The position numbers and the translations under genes are program-made. DNA of 64,000 nucleotides from a bacterium (GTDB taxonomy: Bacteria > Bacillota > Clostridia > Lachnospirales > Lachnospiraceae), in the NCBI GenBank assembly GCA_004562765.1, contig SFRL01000033.1:5052-69051 (forward strand), in the 5' to 3' direction. The notes beneath the pieces are model-generated. The model was given only the letters and a program-made list of their open reading frames with translations, was not told the origin of the DNA and ran no database searches. Each line of letters opens with the position of its first letter. Within the stretch, counting starts at the first letter, position 1. Positions 39,928 through 49,968 of this stretch are shown here, piece by piece.

Positions 39928-40191
39928 ATGGAACAGCGAATTTGCACCAGATGCCTGTTGCGTGAGCTGATCGATTCGGACGCATCCAAACAGGCAGAGC
40001 TGGAAATGATCGAAAAATATCGCGATGCGATCAAACAGGCGGACCGGGTGACGGAGGAGGAGTATGAGCGCAGACTGTCTGTCTGTCAGCAGTGCGACAA
40101 ACTCCTCACCGGAACCTGCGGCGCCTGCGGCTGCTACGTAGAATTGCGGGCAGTCGCTAAGGTGTCGCATTGTCCGCGCAAGAAGTGGTAA
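39928..40191 (+). CDS. Small Cys-rich protein (DUF6171-like)
   Basis: CTRC, Y..RL..CQQC, TCGACGCYV..R, CP..KW. Confidence 0.75.
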   Translation: MEQRICTRCLLRELIDSDASKQAELEMIEKYRDAIKQADRVTEEEYERRLSVCQQCDKLLTGTCGACGCYVELRAVAKVSHCPRKKW

Positions 40192-40226
40192 AATAAAAAA
40201 AGTGCCAAAGGCACTTTTTTTATTTT
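40192..40226. terminator. Bidirectional terminator
   Basis: AATAAAAAAAGTGCC-aaa-GGCACTTTTTTTATT. Confidence 0.8.
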
Positions 40227-40231
40227 GTGAA

Positions 40232-41149
40232 TTATTCAATGGGCATATAATTGATGCTCACCTGAATGTCCTGCGCATAGTTTCCGAAGGTCTTGCCGTA
40301 GAGCGTCAGACCGCCGACATGAGTGGCATCTTCTTCCACAGCCAGACGGAAACGGATGCTGCTGGTGTAGTCCAAATGCAGCATGCTGATCGTGACATCT
40401 GAGATTTTAAATCCGTCCATATAGGTGCCCTTTTTGTTGATCACCAGCAACTTTAACAGACCGTATTGGTTGCAATTTGCAGGCCACCATTCCGGTGTAA
40501 AGATGCCGCGTACATCGCCGAAATCAGCGGGAGATGTCCAACATCCAAGGCGCGTGTCGTTGATGTAAAAGCTGATGTCCGACGGCCAATTGTTGGAACT
40601 TCCGGGTGCCTCAGAGCCGATCTCCATGGAGATGGAGATCTGGGACACCTTCTGCTGAACCGGGATGAGATTGGGGATGGCGTACTCGACATAACCTTTT
40701 GAAAACCACAGGAGGTCCGCGTTAAAGCGATCAGGATGGTCGAAATAGCGGACATCATCCCATTCGCCAATGACGGACTCACTTGTGGCAACGCCGCAGG
40801 TCGGGCAGACATCATAAGAAGAGAACTGACCCACACGGATCTGCGTGTTAAATACATTTGTGTAATCGATCGGCTTTTCGATGTCCACGATGATACGATC
40901 CTGAATGATGGAACACATTTTCTGGTTGCCGTGTCCGGCAGACTCATTGGAAGTGCTGATCAAACCGCATTCTTCGAGCTTTTTAATATGCCCGGTAAGG
41001 GCACCGTTGCTGATATTCAGCTCACTTGCCAGCTGATTCATACTCATCTGGTCATTTTCCAGAAGAATGTTTAATATCTGGAGACGGATCTCGGAACCAA
41101 GTGCTTTAAAGGTTTCCAGACCCTCATCCAGTGAAGTGATATGGATCAT
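40232..41149 (-). CDS. ArsR-type HTH regulator with C-terminal sensor domain, probable locus regulator
   Basis: FKALGSEIRLQIL...LA..L.ISNGALT.HIKKLEE.GLI; PTCG, WPSDI, YGLLK. Confidence 0.85.
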   Translation of the reverse strand: MIHITSLDEGLETFKALGSEIRLQILNILLENDQMSMNQLASELNISNGALTGHIKKLEECGLISTSNESAGHGNQKMCSIIQDRIIVDIEKPIDYTNVFNTQIRVGQFSSYDVCPTCGVATSESVIGEWDDVRYFDHPDRFNADLLWFSKGYVEYAIPNLIPVQQKVSQISISMEIGSEAPGSSNNWPSDISFYINDTRLGCWTSPADFGDVRGIFTPEWWPANCNQYGLLKLLVINKKGTYMDGFKISDVTISMLHLDYTSSIRFRLAVEEDATHVGGLTLYGKTFGNYAQDIQVSINYMPIE

Positions 41150-41219
41150 GTCGTCTGTTCTCCTATTGAATATATTTTTGCATTTATTTGAAATATTTCT
41201 TGTATATCTATTATTTCTT

Positions 41220-41248
41220 ATTATAGGATTTTCGGTCAATTGTGTCAA
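41220..41248 (-). promoter_or_regulatory. Sigma-A promoter of the regulator gene
   Basis: Minus-strand TTGACA-17 bp-TATAAT. Confidence 0.75.
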
Positions 41249-41400
41249 TAAAAATTCTCGAAATATCAAGGTTTGACTAAATTACTTTAGAAAAACATGC
41301 TTAAATGAATGAAAAAAATCAAAGCATTGTGCAAATGTGACAATTGCATTGCGAAAACAAGGGACTTGCTGTGATAGATTTTTGTGCAATTCATGGATAT

Positions 41401-41462
41401 TCTAAAATAGTTTAAGAAAATCTAAAATAATCGTTGACATCAGGACGAAGAAATTATATAGT
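41401..41462 (+). promoter_or_regulatory. ABC operon promoter with tandem TAAAATA boxes
   Basis: TAAAATA-N13-TAAAATA-N4-TTGACA-17 bp-TATAGT. Confidence 0.65.
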
Positions 41463-41617
41463 AATTGCATAAGGAACACGCGAGAGACATCAGGGAACAT
41501 TCTGATAGCTACTTATTAAGCCCAGCATTTGTACTAAGGAGGGACCCGGATGAAGCGTGTGGCACTTAAAACTTTCAATTTCATATTTAAAGGAAAAGTG
41601 ATTAAAGGAGGAGAATC

Positions 41618-43093
41618 ATGAAGAAGAAAATCGTTAGTGCACTCATGTGTACCGCACTCGTTGCTTCCATGCTCGTAGGATGTGGCAGCGGCGAGACCAA
41701 CCCGCCGGCAGATGCATCTGATGCAGCTGCAACTGATGACGCAGCAGGCGACACCGCAGAGGCTGATGACACCGAGGACGCTGCTGAGGACGAGGCTGAG
41801 ACAGCAGAGGCTGAGGCTGTTACAAACACCTTCGGTGATCCCAACGGAACACATTTAGAGATGTGGACATTCGTAGAGCTGCACGGACAGCATTACGGTA
41901 AGATGGCAGCAGACTGGAACACTGCACATCCTGATAACACCATCGAGATCACCTGTACGACATATCCTTATGCAGATATGCACACCAAGCTTTTGACTGC
42001 ATTACAGTCAGGCACAGGTGCTCCTGATATCTGTGACGTAGAGGTTGGACAGTTCCCCAACGTAGTTGAAGGTCAGGATACATGGCTTGTTCCTTTAAAT
42101 GATTATGCAGCAGATTATCTGGATACGATGGTTCCCGCACGTATGGAGACCTATCAGGGTGCAGACGGAAATTATTACGGCGCTCCTTATCACGTAGGTG
42201 CAACTGTTATGTATTACAATGTGGCAGCAATGGCAGAGGCAATGGGCATCTCAGAGGATGAGGTTACCGCAAAGATCGATGCAGTAGTTACCTGGGATGA
42301 TTATCAGGCACTTGGAGAAGAGTATATCGCAGCGATCGGACAGGATGGCAAGTACTTCACTTCTGTAGATACAGGCGGAACAGACTGGTTATGGCTGGCA
42401 ATGGCTGAGTACGGCGATGACTGGACCGGCGGTTTCGAAGGTCCTGCAAACGTTCAGCTTGATTCTGTAAAGAAGATGTTAGAGATGCAGCAGTCTTGGT
42501 TAGACAGCGGTCTGGCAGAGGTTTCTCCTGACGGACATGTTGACCTTGAGGCTGGTTTCCAGAATATCATGGATCACAATATCGTTTCTTTCCCGAAGGC
42601 AATGTGGTATATGAGCCGTTTCACCAACTATATGCCTGAGGAAAAGGGAAATTGGTACATTGCTAAGTGCCCGGTATTTGAGGCTGGACAGAAGATGTCC
42701 GTAGGTATCGGCGGAACCGGTACAGTTGTAACACAGCAGTCTTCAGCAAAAGAGCTGGCAGCAGAGTTTGTTTGCTGGGCAAAGATGTCTGAGGAAGGCG
42801 AGCAGAACATCTGGGATCTGTTAGGATTCGACGTATGTAACACCGCTTGCTGGTCAATGGATTCTTTTGCACATAATGACGAGAATATCTACAACAGCTA
42901 CTTCAGAAACTATCCTTATGACGTACTGAATGAGATCGGTCTCGATAACATCGGCAAGATCTCCGTTGTAGCGATCAGCCCTACCATCAACGAGTATGTA
43001 TGTAATACAACCTTGAACGAGGTACTCGAGGACAAGATGGATGTATCTGAGGCTCTTCAGGAGTTACAGGATGCAGTTGATTTAGAGCAGTAA
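41618..43093 (+). CDS. Arabino-oligosaccharide ABC transporter substrate-binding lipoprotein (AraN-like)
   Basis: Lipobox LVGC, acidic linker, WTFVELH, GAPDI, GIGGTGT; arabinan enzyme context. Confidence 0.88.
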   Translation: MKKKIVSALMCTALVASMLVGCGSGETNPPADASDAAATDDAAGDTAEADDTEDAAEDEAETAEAEAVTNTFGDPNGTHLEMWTFVELHGQHYGKMAADWNTAHPDNTIEITCTTYPYADMHTKLLTALQSGTGAPDICDVEVGQFPNVVEGQDTWLVPLNDYAADYLDTMVPARMETYQGADGNYYGAPYHVGATVMYYNVAAMAEAMGISEDEVTAKIDAVVTWDDYQALGEEYIAAIGQDGKYFTSVDTGGTDWLWLAMAEYGDDWTGGFEGPANVQLDSVKKMLEMQQSWLDSGLAEVSPDGHVDLEAGFQNIMDHNIVSFPKAMWYMSRFTNYMPEEKGNWYIAKCPVFEAGQKMSVGIGGTGTVVTQQSSAKELAAEFVCWAKMSEEGEQNIWDLLGFDVCNTACWSMDSFAHNDENIYNSYFRNYPYDVLNEIGLDNIGKISVVAISPTINEYVCNTTLNEVLEDKMDVSEALQELQDAVDLEQ

Positions 43094-43113
43094 AATCAAA
43101 AGTGTGACTTAAC

Positions 43114-43155
43114 GATGGGGATGTCAGAGAGGTTTTCCTCTGGCATCCCCGTTTT
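43114..43155 (+). terminator. Stem-loop after the binding-protein gene (partial terminator or mRNA stabiliser)
   Basis: GATGGGGATGTCAGAG...CTCTGGCATCCCCGTTTT. Confidence 0.65.
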
Positions 43156-43215
43156 CAATAGGAAAGTCCGGGTGGGTGTTTCGATTGCTTTGGGCTGACA
43201 AGGAGGGTGTTTGTT

Positions 43216-44112
43216 TTGAAGATAAAGAAATTTTTCTATTCACAAAAGGTAGCTCCGTACGTGTTTGTGGTACCCTTTGTGCTGAGCTTTTTGATCTTCT
43301 GGATCTATCCGCTCATTTCTTCCATTACAATGAGCTTTCAGGATATCGGGGCTGTATCCAGTGAGTGGATCGGCTTCAAAAACTACACAAAGCTGTTGAA
43401 AGATAAGGTGTTTATCACTGCTATCTGCAACAGTGCAAAATATATGTTTTTTACACTGGTACTTTTAATCCCGTTCCCCATGCTGTTTGCAGTGTTGATG
43501 GACAGCCGTCTGGTAAAGGCAAAGGGTGTGTGGAAAGCGATTCTTTATATGCCGGCATTGACATCTGTTGTTATTTCCGGTACATTATTCCGTCTGATGT
43601 TTACCGAGTATCCCACCGGTCAGATGAACATGATCACACAGATGCTCGGACTTGGTACATATAAATGGCTAAAAATGGGTTGGTCCGGTATGCTGGCACT
43701 GTTGATCGTGGCATGCTGGCGGTGGACCGGCGTTAATATGTTATATTTCCTTTCAGGATTGCGCGCTATTGATACTTCTCTTTATGAGGCAGCTGAGATC
43801 GATGGTGCAAGTGCGTGGCAGAAATTCCGCTATGTGACACTGCCCCTGTTAAAACCGACTACGGTTTATGTGCTGACGATCTCCATCTATGCAGGATTGG
43901 CGATGTTCCTCGAATCCTACATGCTATGGGCGGGAAACAATTCGCCGAACAATATCGGTCTGACGATCGTCGGATACCTGTACAAGCGCGGTATTGAGAA
44001 GAACGATATGGGTTATGCATGTGCAGTCGGCGTGGTACTGCTTGTGATCGCACTGGCTATCAATATCGTACAGCTCATTGCAAACGGCACGTTTAAGAAT
44101 AAGGAGGACTAG
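43216..44112 (+). CDS. Sugar ABC permease (AraP-like)
   Basis: EAA motif LYEAAEIDGAS.WQKF..VTLPLLKP; TTG start after RBS AGGAGGG. Confidence 0.92.
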   Translation: MKIKKFFYSQKVAPYVFVVPFVLSFLIFWIYPLISSITMSFQDIGAVSSEWIGFKNYTKLLKDKVFITAICNSAKYMFFTLVLLIPFPMLFAVLMDSRLVKAKGVWKAILYMPALTSVVISGTLFRLMFTEYPTGQMNMITQMLGLGTYKWLKMGWSGMLALLIVACWRWTGVNMLYFLSGLRAIDTSLYEAAEIDGASAWQKFRYVTLPLLKPTTVYVLTISIYAGLAMFLESYMLWAGNNSPNNIGLTIVGYLYKRGIEKNDMGYACAVGVVLLVIALAINIVQLIANGTFKNKED

Positions 44113-44114
44113 TC

Positions 44115-44993
44115 ATGGCAGAAGTAGATAACAAAGCCTCCAGACAGGGCAAAGCTAAGAAAACTGTCGGAACGATCCTGGCAACCGGATTTTTTGCGGT
44201 CTTGAGTGCGATCATCATTTTTCCGGTGTTCGCTGGACTGCTGGCATCGTTCCGTCCGGGTACAGAATTGATCCGCCGCGGATTGTCAATCAATCTTGAC
44301 TTTTCCACCATGAACCTGAATAATTATAATTATCTGTTTTCAGGAAATGCGGATAGTCAGAAGTACTTTATGTGGTATAAAAATTCACTGGTCATCACGA
44401 TCGTTTCTGTGGTACTGACATTGTTTATCTGCTACTTTGTGGCATATGGCTTGTCTATGTACAAATTCAAGGGTCAGAATCTTCTGTTTTTCCTTGTGAT
44501 CGCAACGATGATGGTGCCTTTTGAGATCTTGATGCTTCCGTTATATAAGGAAATCATTGCGTTGCATCTGATCGATACTTATGTCGGTGTTATTATCATC
44601 GGACTGTGTAATGCTTCCACGATCTTTTTCTTCCGTCAGTTCTTATCCGGACTGCCGAAGGAACTGTTGGACGCTGCTCGTATCGATGGCGCTACTGAGT
44701 ATGGTATCGCAGTCAAGATCATTTTACCGCTGGCAAAGCCGGCATTTGCTTCCATGGGTATTCTGCAGGCGATGGGAACCTGGAATGCGATCCTCTGGCC
44801 GCTTCTTGTATTAAAGGGCGCAGAGAAGTTTACGCTTCCGATCGGTCTGAACACGCTGCTGACACCTTACGGAAACAACTATGATGTGCTGATCGCGGGT
44901 TCCATGTTTGGTATCCTGCCGATCTTCGTGATCTTCCTGATCTTCCAGAAATATATTATCGAGGGTATGACTGCAGGAGCAGTTAAGGGCTAA
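44115..44993 (+). CDS. Sugar ABC permease (AraQ-like)
   Basis: [35 protein letters not shown]. Confidence 0.93.
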   Translation: MAEVDNKASRQGKAKKTVGTILATGFFAVLSAIIIFPVFAGLLASFRPGTELIRRGLSINLDFSTMNLNNYNYLFSGNADSQKYFMWYKNSLVITIVSVVLTLFICYFVAYGLSMYKFKGQNLLFFLVIATMMVPFEILMLPLYKEIIALHLIDTYVGVIIIGLCNASTIFFFRQFLSGLPKELLDAARIDGATEYGIAVKIILPLAKPAFASMGILQAMGTWNAILWPLLVLKGAEKFTLPIGLNTLLTPYGNNYDVLIAGSMFGILPIFVIFLIFQKYIIEGMTAGAVKG

Positions 44994-45013
44994 AAAAGTC
45001 AAAAGGAGTAGAT

Positions 45014-46534
45014 ATGGCAAAACTGATTATTAACAACGAGAGTAAAAAGAGCACGATCGCACCTGAGATCTACGGACATTTTTCCGAGCATCTCGGACGG
45101 TGCATCTATGAGGGATTGTATGTGGGAGAAGACTCTGACATCCCGAATGTTAACGGTATGCGTACCGATGTTGTCGAGGCATTGAAGGAGATGAAGATTC
45201 CGGTACTTCGCTGGCCGGGCGGATGCTTCGCTGACGAATATCACTGGATGGACGGTATCGGACCGAAGGCATCCAGAAAGAAAATGATCAATACCCATTG
45301 GGGCGGTGTTGTGGAGGACAACAGCTTCGGAACCCATGAGTTTTTTGAACTGTGTCGTCAGTTGGGCTGCAAAACCTATATCAACGGCAATGTCGGAAGC
45401 GGAACCGTCCGTGAGATGAGTGAGTGGGTGGAGTACATGACATTTAACGGCGTTTCACCGATGGCTGATCTGCGCAAGGAGAATGGTCATGAGGAGCCGT
45501 GGAAGGTTGACTATTTCGGTGTCGGCAATGAGAACTGGGGCTGTGGCGGAAATATGCGTCCCCAGCATTATGCAGACGAGTACCGCAGATATCAGACCTA
45601 TGTGAGAAATTATGCGGGAAACGCGCCGATCCAGAAAATCTGCTGCGGACCGAATGTGGATGACTACGCATGGACAAAGGGTGTGCTGGAGACCTGCTAT
45701 GATCACAGTGAGCCTCGTTTCCACGGATTTATGGACGGACTTTCCCTGCATTATTACACACTTCCCGAGGTGGAGGATGATTGGAACAAGAAGGGCAGTG
45801 CGACAGACTTTACCGAGGAGATCTTCTACCAGACCTTAAAGCGCGGTTACTATATGGAAGAGCTGATCAACCGTCACAGCGCGATCATGGATGAGTATGA
45901 TCCCGACAAGCAGATCGGTCTGATCGTGGATGAGTGGGGCATCTGGACGGATGTGGAGCCGGGTACCAATCCGGGCTTCTTATATCAGCAGAATACCATG
46001 CGTGATGCGCTCGTTGCAGGTATGACGCTGAACATTTTCAACAAGCATTGCGACCGTGTCAAGATGGCTTGTATCGCACAGCTCATCAATGTATTGCAGT
46101 CTGTGATGCTGACAGACGGCGACAAGATGATCAAGACACCGACCTATCATGTATTCCATATGTATCGTCATCATCAGGGAGCGGAATTGCTCTCCAGCGA
46201 GCTGATGGGCGCAGGAACGGTCGGCGCCGGCAAAAATGAGCTGCCGAAGGTGATCGAGTCTGCTTCTGTAGATGCGGATGGTATCATCACTATCACACTG
46301 ACAAACAACTCTCTGGAATCCGCTGAGACAGTGGATGTTCAGTTGACTGCTGACGCAGCAGCTTACAATGTGGCAGAGGCTTCTGTTGTAGCAGGTGCGA
46401 TGAACGCACACAACACGTTCGAGGCTCCTGAGGTCGTGACAGAGCAGCAGTTTAGCGCATATGAGAAGACCGCAGACGGAATCCGCGTGGAGCTTCCGGC
46501 TTGCAGCGTCGTAAGTATCCGCTTGAAAAAATAG
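45014..46534 (+). CDS. GH51 alpha-L-arabinofuranosidase
   Basis: [43 protein letters not shown]. Confidence 0.95.
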   Translation: MAKLIINNESKKSTIAPEIYGHFSEHLGRCIYEGLYVGEDSDIPNVNGMRTDVVEALKEMKIPVLRWPGGCFADEYHWMDGIGPKASRKKMINTHWGGVVEDNSFGTHEFFELCRQLGCKTYINGNVGSGTVREMSEWVEYMTFNGVSPMADLRKENGHEEPWKVDYFGVGNENWGCGGNMRPQHYADEYRRYQTYVRNYAGNAPIQKICCGPNVDDYAWTKGVLETCYDHSEPRFHGFMDGLSLHYYTLPEVEDDWNKKGSATDFTEEIFYQTLKRGYYMEELINRHSAIMDEYDPDKQIGLIVDEWGIWTDVEPGTNPGFLYQQNTMRDALVAGMTLNIFNKHCDRVKMACIAQLINVLQSVMLTDGDKMIKTPTYHVFHMYRHHQGAELLSSELMGAGTVGAGKNELPKVIESASVDADGIITITLTNNSLESAETVDVQLTADAAAYNVAEASVVAGAMNAHNTFEAPEVVTEQQFSAYEKTADGIRVELPACSVVSIRLKK

Positions 46535-46568
46535 TTTTTAAATCCCTTAATAGTTTAGTTGATTTCAT

Positions 46569-46601
46569 GTGAAGTGACGGGAATTTTTCCCGTCACTTCA
46601 C
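46569..46601. other. Perfect intergenic stem-loop without U-tract
   Basis: GTGAAGTGACGGGAA-ttt-TTCCCGTCACTTCAC. Confidence 0.6.
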
Positions 46602-46620
46602 TATATAGGAGGAGAAGTGT

Positions 46621-48549
46621 ATGAGCAGAGAGATCAGATTGGATCAGGTACAGGTCAGGGACGGCTTCTGGACACAGATGCAGAACCTCGTGACAGATGT
46701 CGTGATCCCGTTTCAGGAGCGTGTGTTAAACGATAAAGAGGAGGGCGTGGAAAAGAGCCATGCCATTGACAATTTCCGCATCGCGGCAGGACTTGCCGAG
46801 GGTGAGTTTTATGGGATGGTCTTTCAGGACAGTGATGTGGCAAAATGGCTGGAGGGTGTGGCATATTCCCTTGTGATCAAACCGGATGCGGATCTGGAAG
46901 CACGGGCGGATGCGATCATTGATATTGTGGCGCAGGCACAGCAGGAGGACGGATATCTCAACACCTATTTTACGATCAAGGAGCCGGAGCACCGTTGGCA
47001 GAACCTGCTGGAGTGCCATGAACTGTACTGCGCGGGACATATGATGGAGGCAGCGGCGGCTTACTATGAGGCGACCGGAAAAGACAAGCTTTTGCATGTC
47101 ATGGAGCGCATGGCGGATCACATCATCAGCCGTTTTGGTAATGGGGACGGAAAGGTCAAAGGAATCCCCGGACATCAGGAGGTGGAGATCGGTCTGATGC
47201 GCATGTATCATGTGACCGGAAAGCCAGAATACAAAGCTATGGCACGCTATTTTCTTGAGGAGCGCGGAAAGGATCCGGACTTTTTCAAGGAAGAGGCAAA
47301 AAAGCGTGACTGGGAGCATTTCGGCATGAAGCCTGAGGACACGAAGTACAACCAGAGCCATGCGACGGTCTACGAGCAGGATGAGGCAGTGGGACACAGC
47401 GTTCGCGCGGTCTATATGTATACGGCGATGGCGGATCTGGCGGCAGAGGACGGAGACGAAAAACTGCTGGAAGCCTGCAGACGCCTCTGGAATAATATGA
47501 TCCAAAAGAAAATGTACATTACCGGAGGTATCGGGGCAACGGTTGTGGGAGAGTCCTTTTCTGTGCCCTATGAGCTGCCGAATGACACCGTGTATGCGGA
47601 GACGTGCGCGTCCATCGGACTGGTATTTTTTGCAAAGCAGATGTTGAAGAGCGAAAAACGCGGAACCTATGCAGATGTGATGGAACGTGCGCTCTACAAC
47701 GGCATCATCAGCGGCATGCAGCGCGACGGTAAGCGGTTTTTCTATGTAAATCCGCTGGAGGTAAATCCGGGTACATCCGGTGTGGCAGCAGGCTACGAGC
47801 ATGTGATCCCGGAGCGTCCGGGCTGGTATGCGTGCGCGTGCTGCCCGCCCAATCTGGTGCGCATGGTAACTTCTCTCGGAAAATATGCGTGGGATGAGGA
47901 CGAGGGTACGATCTGGTCGCACTTGTTTATCGGAAGCGAGGCATCTTTTGAGAAGGCGGACATCCGTGTGGAGAGCAGCTATCCGTGGGAAGGCTGTGTG
48001 ATCTATCATGTGGCGGCAAAATGCGAGGAAAACTTTACGCTGGCGATCCATATTCCTTCCTATATTCATCATGCACAGCTTGTGGTAAAGATCAACGGAA
48101 GAACGGTGGTCACGGATGCTGCCATGAAAGATGGCTATCTGTATCTGGATCGAAGCTGGGGCAGCGCGGATGAGGTGACGATCGAATTCGAGATGCCCGT
48201 CAGAAAGGTCTATGCCAACACGAAGGTACGTGAGGATGTTGGATGCGTGGCGATCATGCGCGGACCGGTCGTTTACTGTTTTGAGGGTGTGGACAACGGC
48301 GAGGATATTCAGGCGCTGTTCATTAATAAAGAGTTATACGCGCAGACGGCGACCGGCACAGAGGGCGTTCTGGAGGGGATGACGCTTCTTGATATTTCAG
48401 GAAAGCGGCTTACCTATGCCGGAGGCGATGACCTCTACTGTGAGCAGGCGCCGCAGACGGAGCCTGTGACGCTGCGGGCGATCCCCTATTTCGCGTGGGG
48501 CAACCGCGGACTGAATCAGATGCGTGTGTGGATGCACGAAGAGCGATAG
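46621..48549 (+). CDS. GH127 beta-L-arabinofuranosidase (HypBA1-like)
   Basis: FQDSDVAKWLE, HELYCAGH, GHSVR, YAETCASI, CACCPPN, IPYFAW.NRG. Confidence 0.93.
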   Translation: MSREIRLDQVQVRDGFWTQMQNLVTDVVIPFQERVLNDKEEGVEKSHAIDNFRIAAGLAEGEFYGMVFQDSDVAKWLEGVAYSLVIKPDADLEARADAIIDIVAQAQQEDGYLNTYFTIKEPEHRWQNLLECHELYCAGHMMEAAAAYYEATGKDKLLHVMERMADHIISRFGNGDGKVKGIPGHQEVEIGLMRMYHVTGKPEYKAMARYFLEERGKDPDFFKEEAKKRDWEHFGMKPEDTKYNQSHATVYEQDEAVGHSVRAVYMYTAMADLAAEDGDEKLLEACRRLWNNMIQKKMYITGGIGATVVGESFSVPYELPNDTVYAETCASIGLVFFAKQMLKSEKRGTYADVMERALYNGIISGMQRDGKRFFYVNPLEVNPGTSGVAAGYEHVIPERPGWYACACCPPNLVRMVTSLGKYAWDEDEGTIWSHLFIGSEASFEKADIRVESSYPWEGCVIYHVAAKCEENFTLAIHIPSYIHHAQLVVKINGRTVVTDAAMKDGYLYLDRSWGSADEVTIEFEMPVRKVYANTKVREDVGCVAIMRGPVVYCFEGVDNGEDIQALFINKELYAQTATGTEGVLEGMTLLDISGKRLTYAGGDDLYCEQAPQTEPVTLRAIPYFAWGNRGLNQMRVWMHEER

Positions 48550-48607
48550 CACATACTTCATTTCGATGCCACTTTTGGTAAAAATGTTGCAAACCGTCCG
48601 AGAGGAA

Positions 48608-48636
48608 TTGAAATGGCGGCGGCGCGAAGCTATAAT
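48608..48636 (+). promoter_or_regulatory. Promoter of galK-galT
   Basis: TTGAAA-17 bp-TATAAT. Confidence 0.65.
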
Positions 48637-48735
48637 ATCATACAGGAAGACGGCGACGGGAATCACGTAGTTTCCGCCGCCGTTTTTATGATTTTCGGAT
48701 GTAGTTAAAAGGATAAAATAATGGAGGGTATTGCA

Positions 48736-49902
48736 ATGCAGGAGAAATTATTAGAGAAATTTAAAGAACTTTTTGGGGCAGAGGGAGAGATCCGTACATA
48801 CTTTGCGCCCGGACGTGTGAACATGATCGGAGAGCACACCGATTACAACGGCGGACATGTATTTCCGTGTGCATTGACGATCGGTACTTATGGGGTTGTA
48901 CGCAAGCGTGAGGACAACAAGCTGCGTTTTTATTCCATGAATTTTGAGAATCTGGGTATTATCGAGTCAAGTCTCGATGACCTCAAGCCCGATCCGGCGG
49001 CAGACTGGACAAACTACCCGAAGGGAGTGATCTGGGCATTCGGAGAGAAGGGCATGAAGATCACACAGGGTATGGATCTGCTGCTTTTCGGAAATATTCC
49101 CAACGGATCAGGTCTCAGCTCTTCCGCATCTGTGGAGGTGCTGACCGGATATATTTTAAAGGATTTTTACGGCTGTGACGTGACCAATCAGGACATCGCT
49201 CTGATCGGACAGTTTTCAGAGAACAAGTTCAACGGCGTCAACTGCGGCATCATGGATCAGTTCGCAATCGCAATGGGCAAGAAGGGACATGCGATCTTCC
49301 TCGATACTGCAACTTTGGAGTACACCTATGCACCCATCGAGCTGAAAGACGCAAAGATCGTGATCTCCTGCTCAAATAAAAAGCGCGGACTTGGCGATTC
49401 CAAGTACAACGAGCGCCGCGCGGAGTGTGAAAAGGCGCTGGAGGAGATCCAGCAGTTTGCGGGTGTCAAGAGTCTCGGAGAGTTGAGTGAGGAAGAATTC
49501 GAGAAGTTCAAGTCAGCCATCAAGGATGAGGACCGCGTAAAGCGTGCAAGACATGCAGTCTATGAGAACCAGCGCACCATCAAGGCTGTGGAGGCATTGA
49601 AAAATAACGATGTGGAGCTGTTCGGAAAACTTATGAACGAGTCTCATGTATCTCTGCGTGATGATTACGAAGTGACCGGTATTGAGCTGGATACACTGGC
49701 AGAGGAAGCATGGAAGGTGGACGGCGTGATCGGTTCCCGTATGACGGGCGCCGGCTTCGGCGGATGCTCTGTCAGCATTGTGAAAAATGATGCAGTGGAC
49801 ACCTTTATCGAGCAGGTTGGCAAGGCATATGAGGAAAAGATCGGCTACGCGGCAGACTTCTATGTGGTAGAGATCGGTGACGGCCCGGTGAGACTTGCGT
49901 AG
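48736..49902 (+). CDS. galK: Galactokinase
   Basis: PGRVNMIGEHTDYNGG, GSGLSSSAS, CGIMDQF, RMTGAGFGG. Confidence 0.96.
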   Translation: MQEKLLEKFKELFGAEGEIRTYFAPGRVNMIGEHTDYNGGHVFPCALTIGTYGVVRKREDNKLRFYSMNFENLGIIESSLDDLKPDPAADWTNYPKGVIWAFGEKGMKITQGMDLLLFGNIPNGSGLSSSASVEVLTGYILKDFYGCDVTNQDIALIGQFSENKFNGVNCGIMDQFAIAMGKKGHAIFLDTATLEYTYAPIELKDAKIVISCSNKKRGLGDSKYNERRAECEKALEEIQQFAGVKSLGELSEEEFEKFKSAIKDEDRVKRARHAVYENQRTIKAVEALKNNDVELFGKLMNESHVSLRDDYEVTGIELDTLAEEAWKVDGVIGSRMTGAGFGGCSVSIVKNDAVDTFIEQVGKAYEEKIGYAADFYVVEIGDGPVRLA

Positions 49903-49968
49903 TGGAAGATGGTATGTCGTCACGCCTGAGGGAGTGATACTGCTTGGAAGTTAGGAGGATAATAAAAA

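Noticed and set aside
46726..48072. 448-aa minus-strand ORF and similar ones such as 52439-53335
   Set aside because: Shadow ORFs opposite well-supported genes.
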